A DNA stretch of 63,989 nucleotides, filler included, from Basidioascus undulatus (GCA_000826855.1; 5 parts of 5 records of this genome joined end to end with filler, not necessarily neighbours in it), one strand, 5' to 3'; positions 13,060-26,016 are shown, numbered from the whole stretch's first letter. Numbers and translations: made by a program. Notes: generated by a model not told the origin, from the sequence alone.

Positions 13060-15019
13060 AAGCGCGCGCCCGGCTCGACCCCCTCCTCGCACCACCGCCC
13101 CGCGTCGTCCCCGCTCCCGCCACTCCCGCACGAGGACCTCCCTCCGTACGCCTACGTCCCGCTCCCCGGCCCGCGGCCGACGAACAAGCCCTCGCTCTCG
13201 TACGCGGCGCTCATCGGCCAGGCGATCCTCACCTCCACGCGCAAGCGGCTTGGGCTCAGCGAGATCTACCTGTGGATCATGGCCAGCTGGCCGTACTACA
13301 AGAAGAAGGATTTAGGGTGGCAGAACTCGATTCGGCACAATTTAAGTTTGAACGATATCTTTGTGAAGAGGGAGCGGGACGCGGATTGTTTGGATGGAGG
13401 GAAGGGGAAGGTGCGTGGTCCCTTCTCTCACAGCGTACGAGAGTACATAGACGCTAAATGATGGGGTGCTCGGGTTGCAGGGCTGCTTCTGGGCTATCCA
13501 GCCGGGTCGCGAGATCGAGTTCGAGGGCGAGACGTACAACAAGCGCCGGGCGAAGAAAATCGTCGCGGAGAAGGAAGCGCGTGAGCGCGAGGCGGCGCAC
13601 CACGCGCACCTCGAACATCAGAGCGCGCTTCTGGATGCGTCTGCACCGCCGAAGAAGGTCAAGAAGGAGAAGCCCGCGACACCCGCGTATATCGCGTCCT
13701 TCGACCTTCCCGTCCCGCCCACGCGCGTCAGCGCCGCGCACCGCGCACGCTCGGCCGCTGCCCCGCCGTCGTCGCCGATTCGCCCGCCGCCGCGGACGGT
13801 CTACCAGGGACAACAGCAGGGTCAACAGCAGGAGCAGCAGCAGCAGCAGCAGCGGCCTGCCCCACCGCCGCCGCCGCAGTTCCTCCCTGCGCCCACGCCC
13901 ACTCGCCCAGGCCTCAACGTCTTCCCCACTCCCTCGCGCCCCGCCTCGCTCCCCCCCACCGCAGGGCCCTCGTCCGGCTCCTCGTCCGCTGCGAGCTTCG
14001 CCCCGCCGCTCGAGACGCCCCAGCGGCCCGCAACGGCCGAGGGCGGGCACTCCGCGCCGAGCAGCGGCGCGCTCCCCCCCTTCCTCACGCCCAGCCTGAG
14101 CAGCCCGCTCAGCAGCCCACAGCGCCCGACGCCCAGCACAAGCGTGTACACCGGCGCGCTGCTCCCGCTCCACCGCGAGTGGGGGGCGAACGTCGTTGGC
14201 GGCCCGGCACTCAAGGCCAAGGCGAGCGCGACGGCTGCGGCGCTGTCGTTGGGCGCGGGCACGGCCGCTGGCGTGGGGGGTTTGCAACCCGCGTTCCAGT
14301 TCAACCCCGCTCCTCTGCGTGGAAATGCGAAGGGCAAGGGCAAGGACAAGATGGATGTGGATGATGATGATGACGACGACGACGACGACCTCGAGCTCGC
14401 CCCGCCGTCGTCGCTCGCGTCCAAGCCTACTTCCACGCCCGTCGCGCTCGCGCAGCAGCACCACCAGAACATCGACCTCCCCTCGCCCTCGGAGCTCTTC
14501 GGGCAACACATCCTCGCGTCGCCCATCCCGGGGCCGGCGGGACACCACGCGCACCTGCGGATGTCGTCCGCCTCGCACACGCACAGGCTCTTCGACTCGC
14601 CCTCTTTCTTCCCCTCCTCCTTTGCCTCCCCCTCCCGCACGCCGACCTCCTCCCTCCGCACCAACGCCGGCAACCCGCACGCCACCCCAACCCCCAAAGC
14701 GTTCGACCCCCTCCGCTTCTTGTCCCCCCGCGCGTTCGGAACCCCGCGCGGGCTGGCAGGGATGGTCGCCGACGCGGGCGTCGGCGCCGACCCGTTCGAC
14801 TACTCGGGGAAGGTCGAGTTCGAGCTCGAGCGCCTGGATGTCGATGGCATTGGGGCCAGCCCCGCTGGCCCTGGGCGCGGGCCGGGCCACGCGCATGCGG
14901 CGGCAACTGCCGCGGGGGGGTGGGGACTTGGTAGCGCGGAGAGAGGAGTGACCTTCGGGTTTGCGGAGCTCGGGAGGAAACTGGATAGCCCGGGCGGGTG
15001 GGGGTCGTGGAAGGACTGA
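13060..15019 (+). CDS. Forkhead-domain transcription factor, 5'-truncated at contig start
   Basis: [67 protein letters not shown] is a canonical forkhead domain, with an intron at 13411-13480. Long low-complexity C-terminus to TGA at 15019. Confidence 0.92.
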
Positions 15020-16149
15020 GGAGGTGGTGGTGGAGAACGCTGTTCTGTTTGGACTGCTCTTGAACCTTTCTTCATTCTTTTCTGTTCGTTTTTCCTTCTT
15101 TGACATTCGTATCATAGACTTTTGTCCACCTTCTTTACATCTTCGCTCTTTTTCGAACTCTATCCTTCGACCTTTTTCCCTTTAACTTCTTGATTGCTTC
15201 TTGCCCTTCTCTTGCCCTTTCCGTTCCCCTTTTCCTTCTCCTTCTCCTTCTCCTTCTCACGTTTCTTTTACAAAACACACTTCCCCCCTTCCCGTCCCGC
15301 ACTGCTCCTGCTCGACTCGCATCGCACCCACCGTGTATGTTGTACTATCCCGCCTGCTCGCCTCGCTCCGCACTCGCTCGCACTACTCGTCCCCCCCTTG
15401 TTGTCCCTCGTCGCTCCGTCTTGTTTGTCTGTCTCGGTCTTGAATGTCTATGCTATGCTGCGATATGCTATGCTGCGCCATGCATGCTCTGCTGGTGCTT
15501 GATTTGTGATGTGCTTGCCCCCTTGTATGCACACGCAGCAGGGAGACGTGCAACGCTCGGTGGATGTCCGGCTGCAGTTGGCCTCTAGGTGCAACCGTGC
15601 TGTAAGCAAGCGGGCTGTCAATGCGTTCTTGGAGAAGCTCGGGCGTTCTGTCCGAGGTCCGAGGTTCAGAGACCAAGCGCAGTCGAGTGAGAAGGCTGAA
15701 AGGAAGACAGCGCGCGGCAGGAGGTAAGTAGCGAGGAGGGTAGTCCCAATCTGAATTCGAGAGAATCGCCGTGAATGTTCTTTGAGAATCTCTTGAGCGG
15801 GGTAGGACAGAAGTGCATGCGGCGAGTACGTGTCCACGGAACACAACACGCACCACCAACGGCGACAGCGGTCGCGTCCACTCTGCCTTCCACCGTCATC
15901 ATCCCGCTTAAACACGCTGTTCACCGGCTCTCTCAAAGCAATTCGCAATTTCCAAGTCTACTCTCCTCTACGGCATCGGTGTGAATAGAATAGGCATTGA
16001 TTACGACAAGGGGTATTCTTATGCTGAAGAACGACGCGGTGGTTTGCTCTGTAGGTCGAGCCGTGGCAGCTTTACCTAGCGGGCGAAGCATGGCCCCCGG
16101 CGTTCAAGGTAATAGTCCCGAATTAAAAGTTTCGGTTCAGCCTCTCATG

Positions 16150-16326
16150 GTCCGCATACTACTGCAGCGCATCAAGGCGACCGTGCACGTCCTCGATCGC
16201 CGGCGCGAGGCCGGGAAACACCTCTTCCGGCGCAAGAAGCAGCCCAGCGCGGCGATCGCCTCGCTGCCGTCCGAGATCCAGTATCATATTTTCGACTTCG
16301 CGTTCTCCGACATGATAGCCCAGTGA
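16150..16326 (+). pseudogene. F-box-like gene fragment
   Basis: GC3-rich coding-like stretch ending [17 protein letters not shown] (F-box-like LPxEI motif), then a stop with no downstream domain. Confidence 0.4.
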
Positions 16327-16429
16327 GAAGCCGCCACCTGAAGCGCGGATCTGACGGGGTCCGTCACGCAAAGACCCCTTCGGCGCATACAGCTCGGACT
16401 CGGAGGGCAAATTGTGCCAGGACTACATC

Positions 16430-16692
16430 TCGGACCAAGCAGAGGCATGGCCAGCACGATCGGTAGCAACCCGAACATAGCGACGACTACAAGAAGCTTG
16501 TTAGGAATCGACCACAGGATGATGTAGAATGGCAGCAGGTACCACTCGACGGCGGAGGGTACGCCGGGATGTAGTTGTCGCTGTGACCTAGTATGTTAGG
16601 CCCGTAGAACACGAACAGTGACAGTACCAGGAAGAACAGAAAAATGGTCACCAGGTCTTTAAAGGTAAAGTAGGGGTGCATCGCAAGCCGGG
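16430..16692 (-). pseudogene. cob: Nuclear copy of a mitochondrial cytochrome b fragment (NUMT)
   Basis: [43 protein letters not shown], then after a deletion and frameshift [37 protein letters not shown]. This is the cytochrome b C-terminal region including the (P)EWY motif. Confidence 0.92.
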
Positions 16693-17360
16693 ACGAGTTC
16701 TTTGAAGCGCTGAGCGACCTGCACTACAACATCAAATGCGACGCGAGCAGCCGGGTAAGACTAATGCTCTGAAATATAGAGCTTCCCCATGAATTAATTG
16801 GGAAGTTGTCATGCAGAAGCCAACGGCGGCCTAGGGCCTGTACTCGCTGCTGCACTCGTACGGACTCTGTCTCGCTGCACAGGCTTCACCGGGATATATC
16901 GAGCTTGTTTTTGGAGAAACTGAAGCCGTCTTCTACATGGGGCTTCCTTTAGCCGCGGATGCGCGTTCTCGTCCAGGAACCTGCTGGTCAACCTCAAGCC
17001 GAAGCTCAAGGTGTCTTACGGCATAGTCGAGGGCAAGGCAGACGGTCACGCAGCAGCCGCTGTCGATCCCTCGTGCTTCGCTGTGCTGCCTGAGATTCGC
17101 CTCCGCTTCGAAAAGCGCGTCCGCGACCTGGACCTCCGCCTGCGCTCTCCATCGGGCACGAAGGCTATGCGTCCGCTAGACGTGAGCCATTCTGTCGCCG
17201 AGGTCCTGTCCAGGACTTACTGACTAGGCGTGCTGGATCCGGCTGTAGCATATTACAGCTGCTTCCAAGGCGGGTGGTTCGAAGAAAGCCAAGCTCGAGA
17301 AGCTCGAGGCAGTCGTACCCGATAAGCAGGCTCGGGCTGGCACTTCCTGCACGGTATTAG

Positions 17361-18960
17361 ACGAGGTTGGGGGCAACTTCATCGACACTTCGAACGAGTA
17401 CCAGGACGGGCAGTCGTGAGTCGGGCCTGAAAGAGTATCCCAATGCAGCTAAACGTTCATCCTGTTGCCCACACCGTCGCAGCGAGGTGCGTCGAGGCGT
17501 CCTCAAACACATTGATATGGCGCGTCCGTAGATGAAAGTGGAATTCCAGAGCTGGATAGGCTCCTGGATGGAGCAGCGTGGCAACCGCGACGAGAGCGTG
17601 CTCCAAGTTCACCACGGGCTGGAAGACGGATGCGACGATCAAGGCCGTGCGAATGCTTCTAGATCGACTCTTATGCAACGTACAGATGCACTGAAACTCT
17701 TCCTCTTTCCGCTTCAGAACTACATTGGAAACCACTCGCTTCACGTTTCCTCCTCGCATCTCTGCCACTCGGCACCCCTCTCTCTTCTGATATGATCGAA
17801 ATATGGTATCAGCTCCGAAACTCGCTCGAGAGGCCCAAGACCAACTACGTCGACCTCCTACTGGTGCACTGGTGGGCAAGTCCTTTCCCGGTTCCCTTTC
17901 ACTCTGTCCCGGAGAACTTTCAGCCTGATCCGGGTATGGCGGCTAAGATTACACCACGTCGGTCGAGAAGGTGATGGACAACCTCGACGCTGTTGTCAAT
18001 TCGGGCAAGGTTCTCTAAATCGGCGTAATAGACACTCCCGGTGAGTACTCCTCTGCTTTCGCCCCTGAAGCGGTGGGCTGGGCGCTGAAGACTGCTACTA
18101 TGCAGCATGGGTCGTCACGCAGGCCAAAACGTATGCCAAGGCCCATGGGAAGGCTCAGTTCGTCATCTACCAAAGGGTACAACCTCCTGCCGCGCGATAT
18201 TGAGCGCGAGATCATTGTGAGTTTCCTTGGTTGCGCTGCTCCCTGGCTGGCCACGCTGACTTCACATCACATGTGGTTAGCCGATGGCGCGCTCGTTCGG
18301 ACTCGCTCTCGGTACGTCTGGTCTGAGTCTTCTCCAGGGTGGATTTCTCCCCTTTATATCTGCCACAGCTCCCTGGAATTGCCTGGGTACGTCCTCAATC
18401 TTACTGGAAACGGACCGCATTCACTGTGCCTGCAAGTTCCAGAGCCGCGAAGCGTTGGAGGAACGCAAGAAGTCGGGCGAGGGGCTGCGCAACTGGACGG
18501 GCCGCAAGGAGCAGAACGAAGAGGACGTCAGGGCGAGCGAGGCGCTTGAGCAGGTCCGGGAGGAGCTGAAGGCGAAGAGCCTCACTGCGGTTGCGCTGGT
18601 GAGTGCATGATGTTAGTACGACTTCAGAATGGGCCCAGCTAATTGGAGGGCACCTGTGAATGAGTTCTCAGGCCTACGTGATGTCCAAGGAGCTGTACGT
18701 GTATCCCATCGTGGGAGGGCGGAAGATCGAGGTTCGTCCCGGCTTTTGTATCAGCGGCTACAAAATGCTGAAAGTGTGTCGGATCTTGCAGCACCTTCAC
18801 GAGAACATCGAGGCGCTCAAACTCAAGTTCACGGACAAGCATATTGAGGTAACGTTTCTCGTTACAACCCATTTTGCTCCCAGCTGTGTGCTCCAAACTG
18901 AAGCCACCGCAACGCTGCCTGCAGACGCTCGAATCCGTCAAGAAGCTCGAGCTCGGGTGC
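17361..18960 (+). pseudogene. Aryl-alcohol dehydrogenase-like aldo-keto reductase pseudogene
   Basis: Exons GGNFIDTSNEYQDGQS, WIGSWMEQRGNRD, SLERPKTNYVDLLLVHWW, GKVL*IGVIDTP, RDIEREII, AYVMSKELYVYPIVGGRKIE and HLHENIEALKLK. In-frame TAA at 18016-18018, a frameshift near 18172, and no N-terminus found. Confidence 0.85.
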
Positions 18961-20155
18961 GTCGTATCACTGCTGACCCATGAATAATGAGCGCGACAGG
19001 CCGTTGAATCTTGTCCGACCGTAGATTCCCCTTTGACTTCTTCGGCACGGCTGGGACTAGCCCGCACCTCCACGCGGCGGCGAACTTTGCTTGGGTGCCT
19101 GCCCGAAGCCGCTGTACCGCACTTGAGGCGGAGAGAGAGAGTAGATGGGCGTCTGGGAGGGGAGGGTTGGTTCTTGGGGAAAGCGAGCTGAAAGGCTTCT
19201 GTGATGGTGGTGTTGACGATCTTGTGCATGCCTTCCTATCGCCCTGCATAATACGACTTTTAAACCCTCTGTTGCGTCGTGCCAGATCGGGGTGTGCTCC
19301 CTGTTTTAGCAATACCAGTTGCTTGATATACAACTGCACAAATTTTTACTGTACACAACACCGTCTCTCCCTGATCTTTTGCAACCCATGCAGCCGCACC
19401 CTTCTGCGCAGGCGGAAGCGTCCATGCAACCCCAACTGCCGGGCATGATATCCTGACAGCTATGCATTGTTGCATTTATTTTCGCTTTGAAACAAATTGA
19501 GAAGATACTGGTTCACAAGGAGGCGAGGAGGACTGAGACGACCACTCTCCGGGGGAGGTGAAAGCCTGGGGGTGCACGCCGTGAATTGTGAACGCATTAT
19601 TTTCGCAGTGCGACGCAATGCATGAGGAAAGCGTGGGCTATTCATTGCGCCGAATAGAACCAAAAAGATACTTCTATACCTGCTCATCGGAGAGCAAAAG
19701 AGCCGAGAAACTGTGCGCAGCCCCTGGCAAGTGGGCTAGACATACTCCTTGAGGTGGAGCGTAGTACCTCGACTCGGACACTGGCGGGGACCGCGGCCGT
19801 CGTTGGGGTATGAACGTGGGCTAGTATCTGGGCGAGCCGTGGCGATCGGCTGAGACGGTGGATGCTGCCTCCATCGAGCGCTTCAGCTCACCGGTCTACT
19901 CGCCCATTTTCGTCTCCGGAACGACCACCGTATGTCCCGCCGCTGTCCAGGCAAAGGTGTTACGGACGATAGAGTACCCGAATGGAGAGAGTTTCCAAAG
20001 AAGATACGGTCAGTAGTGACGCGCAGAAGGTGGGCACCGCTCCAGCCTGCTGTGCCGTACAGACGGCCAACCCAGCCAGTCACGAACCAGCTGTCCCTCG
20101 CATGCATGCGACATCCGAAAGCGTATCATTCGCATCCACGCGCGCCATCCGACTG

Positions 20156-21061
20156 CTACACAAACTTGACACCCTCGCCGCCCGGCCCAGCGTCCTCCGT
20201 GCCCCTGAGCGTCTGCGCCTTGCCTTGCTTCATGAGCACGTCGAGCGCGCGGCGAAGGAGGGGGATGGGGAGGTTGTGGAACTCTTTGGGCGCTTAATCA
20301 TGTCTTTAGCAACAGGAGAAGGGGGAAGATGGGCGTGGGAGACAGATGGACGCACCGGTCGTATGCGACAGATCGCCCTCCAGCAGCTCCCAGAAGGTCA
20401 GGACGCTGTTGAGCTGGCCTGTGTCGGATACCTGGAGAGGAACGAAGAGGGGTGAGAGGGGCGGAGGAGAGGTGGGAAGGGAGAGAAGGAAGACGCACCC
20501 AGCTGTAGATGAGATCTGCCCAGTCTGCGGGCTTCCGCCAGTAGATCCATGCGGAGGTGCGGGTGGGGTCTTGCCAATCGGCTTGGCCTTCGAGGGAGAA
20601 AAAGAGGGGTGAGAAAGACATGGGATGGAGGAGATGGTGGGCTGCGAACGCACCGTTCTTCACCATCAGGCTTAGGAGCTCCTTCCTCGTTGCTGGTTTC
20701 AATTTCCCTAGCCCGGTGCTCAAGCACGTGAGCATTTAGACAGACCATAGAAAAGGGTAAAGCTCAGCTCACGTCCAATCTCCTTATTCCCCCATAGATC
20801 CTCCTCCTCGCCTTCCTCCCGCTCGACAGCAACCCGGAACGTGCGCGTATGCCTGCACCAGCCGAGGACGATGCCCGCCCATAGCTGGGCCTGGTGCGCC
20901 CACGTCGTCGCGTTCGGCTGCTGCGTGAAGAAAGGCGGGAAGGCGTGGATCGCCGGGAAGGAGAAGTTCGTCTTAGGGGAGACGTGCGCGCGGAGGGTCG
21001 GCCCGGCCGGGGAGGAGGGGCCCTGAGGGGCGGACGAGGGGGAGGGGAAGGAGACGGCCAT
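20156..21061 (-). CDS. VPS25: ESCRT-II subunit Vps25
   Basis: FSFPAIHAFPPFFTQQPN..W, WIYWRKPADWADLIYSW, GQLNSVLTFWELLEGD and a last exon EFHNLPIPLLRRALDVLMKQGKAQ..GEGVKFV*. Four exons; stop TAG at 20156-20158. Confidence 0.93.
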
Positions 21062-21428
21062 GCGGGAGATGGGGGCCGTTGTGTATAAAGTTCGTTGATT
21101 GCGGTCGTTGGGACGCAGTGAGCTCGTTATCGAAGATGTGCAGGCGAGGGCGACGGACGGTGACGACAGAGGGCAAGGTCCGACGCGTCCGCTGCGCGTC
21201 GGGACGAAGTGCCGCAAGAATCCGCTTTCGGGCTTGACTCTCGACCACCACCACCCACCGATACACCGCCGTACTCTCATACCAGCCCATTGTTCCACAT
21301 AACCCCAATCCCAATTCCTCTCAGCCCCCAGATCTCGCAGGTCGAGGCTTCCAACTGAGGGCGGGACATCCGCACCCGCAACCCGCACCCCGCACCCCCC
21401 TCGTCTCCTCCTCCGCCGCCGGCGCAAC
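21062..21428. promoter_or_regulatory. Compact divergent intergenic region between VPS25 and LIG4
   Basis: The two start codons face away from each other 367 nt apart within one contig. Confidence 0.55.
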
Positions 21429-24400
21429 ATGTCCCAATACGAGCCCGGTGCCTCCGAGTCCTCCCAGCCCACCGCCTCCCAGTCCGCCCTCCGCGCAGTC
21501 CCTCCCCCCGCCCACCCAGTCGAGCGACCCGCGGGGTGCATCAATACCGATCGGCCCTTCCCCTTCTCGTCCCTCTGCCGCTTTTTTGAGCTCGTCAAGG
21601 ATGAGTCGACCCAGCGCAGGAGGAAGGAGTACTTGGACAAGATGTTCGAGGTACGACCCGGTTTGTTGGGGAGGATGGTGGGACGATGTTGGAGAGACTG
21701 AAGGCGGGCTTGGGGGCGACGGACGGCGGGGCAGTACTATCGCCAGAATGTTGGCACGGACTTCTATAACTTGCTCCGGCTCATGATCCCCGAGGTGCGT
21801 TACTCGTACTCCTCCTCGTATCCCCGAAATCCGTATCTGAACCTTCCCACAGCGAGAGAAAGAGCGCTCGGTCTACACCATCAAGGAATCCGTCCTCGGG
21901 GTCCGTTGCAGCCGCAATTGCTCTGCTCCCGCGCCCGACACGCCTCCCGATTGCTGAATGCACCTCTTGATCCGAAAACAGAGCATATACGCAGATCTTC
22001 TCAACCTCGACCAGAAGTCGGCAGCCCGCGGTCGTCTCAAAACGTGGAAGCGTCCCACAAAGGAGGGCGTGCGTCGTCCCTTTGTGCTACTTGCGTCCCC
22101 TTACCGTTCATCAAACTGACTATGCGTACCCTCGTGTCTCTAGCCGGGAAGCGGAGACTTCCCTGTGCGGATTCTTTTGCACGGAGTACAAAGCCCAGGC
22201 AACGTGCGCTCATAGTCTGCATGGGGATGTTCAGCAAGTTGCCTACGAAATCATCAAGGTCCGCTCGTCCACAGCGAGCGGCTCCTCCTCGCTCAGCATC
22301 GACGACGTGAATGAGAAGCTGGACCGGCTCGCGCAGGCGAAGGACCTGTCCGTCGCGCTCCCCCCTTCGCTCTCCCCTCTGCCCCAGTCCGGACACTCAT
22401 ACAATAGGTGGGCTGGGCTGGGCAGGAAGGAGAAGACGGCGGTGATGTCCGAGTTCTGGAACGTCTGCTCGGCGGAGGAGCAGCTCTGGCTGATGCGGAT
22501 CATCCTCAAGGGTACGTCCCTTCCGATCCGACTGCCTCTGGGTTGATTTTCTGACGTGACGTTTCACTGCTCGACAGACCTCAAGATCACCATCCGCGAG
22601 AAGACGATCCTCTCGGCGTTCCACCCGGACGCGCTCGACCTGTTCGAGGTCTGCTCGGACATCAAGCGCGTCGCGTACACGCTCTGGGACCCGAACTATG
22701 CCATGCCGCGGGAGGTCCGTCGTCCCCACCTCCTCTCCACCTCCTCACTTCCTCCATTTCTCTCTTCCCGGCGGAGTTTTCTGACTTGGTGGGGTGTGGG
22801 TAAACGCAGGGCCGGATGGTCAAGATGTTCCATTCGTTCCAGCCAATGCTGTGCAAGCGCCAGGAGAAGGGCGTGCGCGACATCATACCGTACATGGGCG
22901 GCAAGGAGTTCATCATCGAGGAGAAGATGGACGGCGAGCGCATCCAGCTGCACAAGCAGGGGCCGGAGTACCGGTACTACTCGAGGTGCGTCCCCTTGTT
23001 CCCCTCTCCCCTCTCTTCGCCCGTCTCTTCCCTCTCGCTGTGTGTCGGGATGGCTGATGCACACGACGGGTGGGATGGTGGATTGATATAGGAAGGGAAA
23101 GGACTACACGAACCTCTACGGGCGCCATATTGGGGCTGGATCGCTCACGCCGTACATCGACTCGGCGTTCAACTCGCGAGTTCACGAGTGCGTCCCCGCC
23201 CCGCTCCCTTCGTTCCCCTGAAATCCGCTTGAACGACAGGCGCTGAATGAGGGTTGGGACAGGATCATCCTCGACGGGGAGATGCTTGTCTGGGATCCGC
23301 TGCTGGGCAAGATCATGCCGTTTGGGACGCTCAAGACTGCCGGGCTGGACACGACGAACGACCCGGACAAGCGGCGGCCCATCTGTGCGTTTCTCCCTCT
23401 CTCTCTTCACCTTCCCGTTTCTACGCTCTCCAACCTGACCCCTGACTCTCATTATTCACACCAGTCAAAGTCTTCGACGTCCTACGCGTGAACGGGCAAG
23501 TCCTAATGGACAAGCCACTCTCAGAGCGGAAGCGCGTCCTCGCCGCACTGTTCGCCGAGGTGCCCGGGCGGCTCGAGCTCGCGACGACGTGGAAGGGCAA
23601 GACGGAGAAGGACGTGACGGACCGGCTCGCGGACGTCGTCCTCACCCGCGGAGAGGGACTCGTCATCAAGCACCCGCTCAGCCCGTATGTCCTTAATGGG
23701 AGGGAGAATACTTGGGTCAAAGTCCGTGCGCGGATGGGCGGATGAGCAGGACGAGGGAGGAAAGGAGGCTGACGTTGGGATGGGGGCAGGTCAAACCGGA
23801 CTACTTCGTGAGTTTGGTGTAGTGTGTGGGGAAGAGGGGTGGCGATTAACGGGACGGGACGCTGACCCTTGTGCTGAGCGAAGGACGAGACGGGCGAGTC
23901 GGCAGACCTCATCGTCGTGGGTGCGTTGCGCAACTTTCCTAGATGATCAATTGGGCTATGCCGACTGATGAGAGCTCGAGGGAAGGCGGCTTCTGGGGCA
24001 GCGGCAAGCGCGGAGGCGGCCTAGGCTCGTTCTTGTGCGCTGTGCAGGACGACATCCGGCACGACAAGGACCACCCTGTGTGAGTAGCTTGTTCATTACT
24101 TGCAGTGGGCGGGCCGTTTGATTATCGGGCGCGCCTGCTGCGCAGGTACCTCTCGTTCCTGAAGTGCGGTGGTGGGATCTCGGCGAGCGATTACGACTTG
24201 ATCAAGTGAGTGACGCTGCTTCGCAATTGACTATTGGAGTGGGCAGGGAACATTGATTGATTTGGGATGGTGGTGACGATCGGTACTGCTGCGCAGGAAA
24301 AAGACTGAGGGCAAGTGGAGGAACTTGGACAAGAACAATCCCCCGGAGTGGCTGCGCGTCACGGACGAGAAGCCCGACCAGTACATCCATCCGGATGAGT

Positions 24401-26016
24401 GAGTCGTCTGTCGTCTTCCTTAAGCTAGCCTATTGGACGGAAGCTTACTGTGGGTTTGGGTGATGTCGCAGCTCGTTCGTGCTCGAGGTTAAGGGCGCAG
24501 AGATCGTTCCGACCAGTGCGTACAAGCAATGTTCTGGGACAGCGCGTGAGGGAATGTTGCGGCTAAGGTCGAAGGGTCGCACGCCGCACAGCCGCTTTCG
24601 CCGCCCAAGCGACCTTCCGCTTCCCGCGCTGCAAGGCGATCCGCCCGGACAAGAGCCCGAGGGAAGAGCAGTCTGAGCAGAAGGACCTCTCGGCGGACGA
24701 GTCTGAGGAGAAGGAGAAGAGCGACGCACACGACCTCTGGACGCTCTCTTGTGAGTCCGGGTCCAGGTTGTGGTTATGCGCGATGGGGTACGCTGGTCGG
24801 CTGATTGAAGGGGAGAGTGGTGTCAAGACCTCATGAACATTATGAATGGCGTGAAGAGGCCGCTGTCATCCCAGGAGGAGAAGCGGGAGGAGAAGCGGTG
24901 CGTCTTGTTGAGGTTGGGCGGGAATCGGACGTCATAAGAGAGCATGAGGGACTGAATCGAGGGGGTACCGGCGACAGACGCGCGGACAAGGTCCGGAAAG
25001 GCAACACGAAGAAGAAGCTGGTGCGATCTGTTGAGATCGCGACTTCTGCGACTGTGTGTGATCTGAGGGAGAGACGCATGCAGCCTACCATCCACGACAA
25101 CTTCCGTGGTTTGGCGTTGAGCGAGATCGAGAGCAAGGGCAACGCGCTCGAGGGCTGCATCTTTCGTGCGTTTCGTTGCGTTTCCTTTCAGCTGAGTCGA
25201 TCCGTCCCTAACGCAACGTGAGATGGGTGCGTGGGCAGGCGTCCTCCACGGCACGTCCGACCTCGACACCCAGGCGTTCAACACGCTCATCGTCGAGAAC
25301 GGCGGGAACCTCGTCGCGACGATCCCGAGCAAGCTGTATGTCCCTCAGGACGACGAGCCGGACGAGATGAAGAACCCGCTGTTTGTCATTTCGGGCAAGG
25401 AGAAGAGTAAGTTCGCCGCATCTTCATCGATCCAGTTTCAAGGTGTGGAGTGCATTTCTGATCGTGATAGGGTTTGTGGTCGGACAGCGCACCAAGTCTC
25501 CCAGATCATCAAGAAGGGCGAGCGCTCGGTCATCCGCGCACAGTGGGTGCTTGACTCGATCAAGCGCGGTGGGCTTGTGCCGCTTTCCAAGAAGTGCGGG
25601 AGTTTGATGAGGGTTTGATCACTTGAGAGCGGGCGACTGACGATTTTGCCGTGCTTCGCGTCTAGGTACTTCATCTTCGCGAACAAGGAGGACCAGGACA
25701 ACGCGTACTACGACACGGACGAAACGGAGGACTCGCACGCCGAGCCTACACCCGCGCCCGCGTCCGTGTCGCGCAAGACCTCCGCTGCGCCGACACCTAC
25801 TCCCGAGCCGACGCCTCTCCGCGAGCCAACGCAGGAGAAGGACGCGGCGCCGTGGCTGACCCAGGAGAGCAAGGTCGACAAGGACGCGATCAAGCGGCAC
25901 GGCGCGGCGAGCCGCCGCGAGATGGAGGACGACGAGGCGGGCTCGGCGTCGGAGCGGGAGGAGGAGGAGGAGGAGAGGGAGGAGGAGAGGGAGGAGGAGA
26001 GGGAGGAGGAGAGGGA
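21429..26016 (+). CDS. LIG4: DNA ligase IV (ATP-dependent, NHEJ), 3'-truncated at contig end
   Basis: Ligase motifs EEKMDGERIQLHK (adenylated Lys), ILDGEMLVWD, FDVL, GEGLVIK, WVKVKPDY, VLEVKGAEIV and FRFPRCKAIRPDK, followed by a BRCT-like domain (IVENGG..VIRAQWVLDSI). Many GT-AG introns; the frame runs into a GAG-rich repeat at the contig end. Confidence 0.93.
25955..26016 (+). repeat. GAG/GGAGGAGAG low-complexity repeat (poly-Glu/Arg) at contig break
   Basis: GAGGAGGAGGAGGAGAGG-GAGGAGGAGAGG repeats directly visible before the spacer. Confidence 0.85.

Noticed and set aside
12900..13200. Coding-like LLLLGYPDLKARLEKEGK as the missing 5' part of the forkhead gene
   Set aside because: It is separated from the forkhead gene by an artificial spacer, with no evidence of adjacency.
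5712..15115. Long antisense and alternate-frame ORFs (e.g. 5954-6889, 13454-15115)
   Set aside because: Expected shadows of GC-rich coding sequence; Arg/Gly-rich with no domains.
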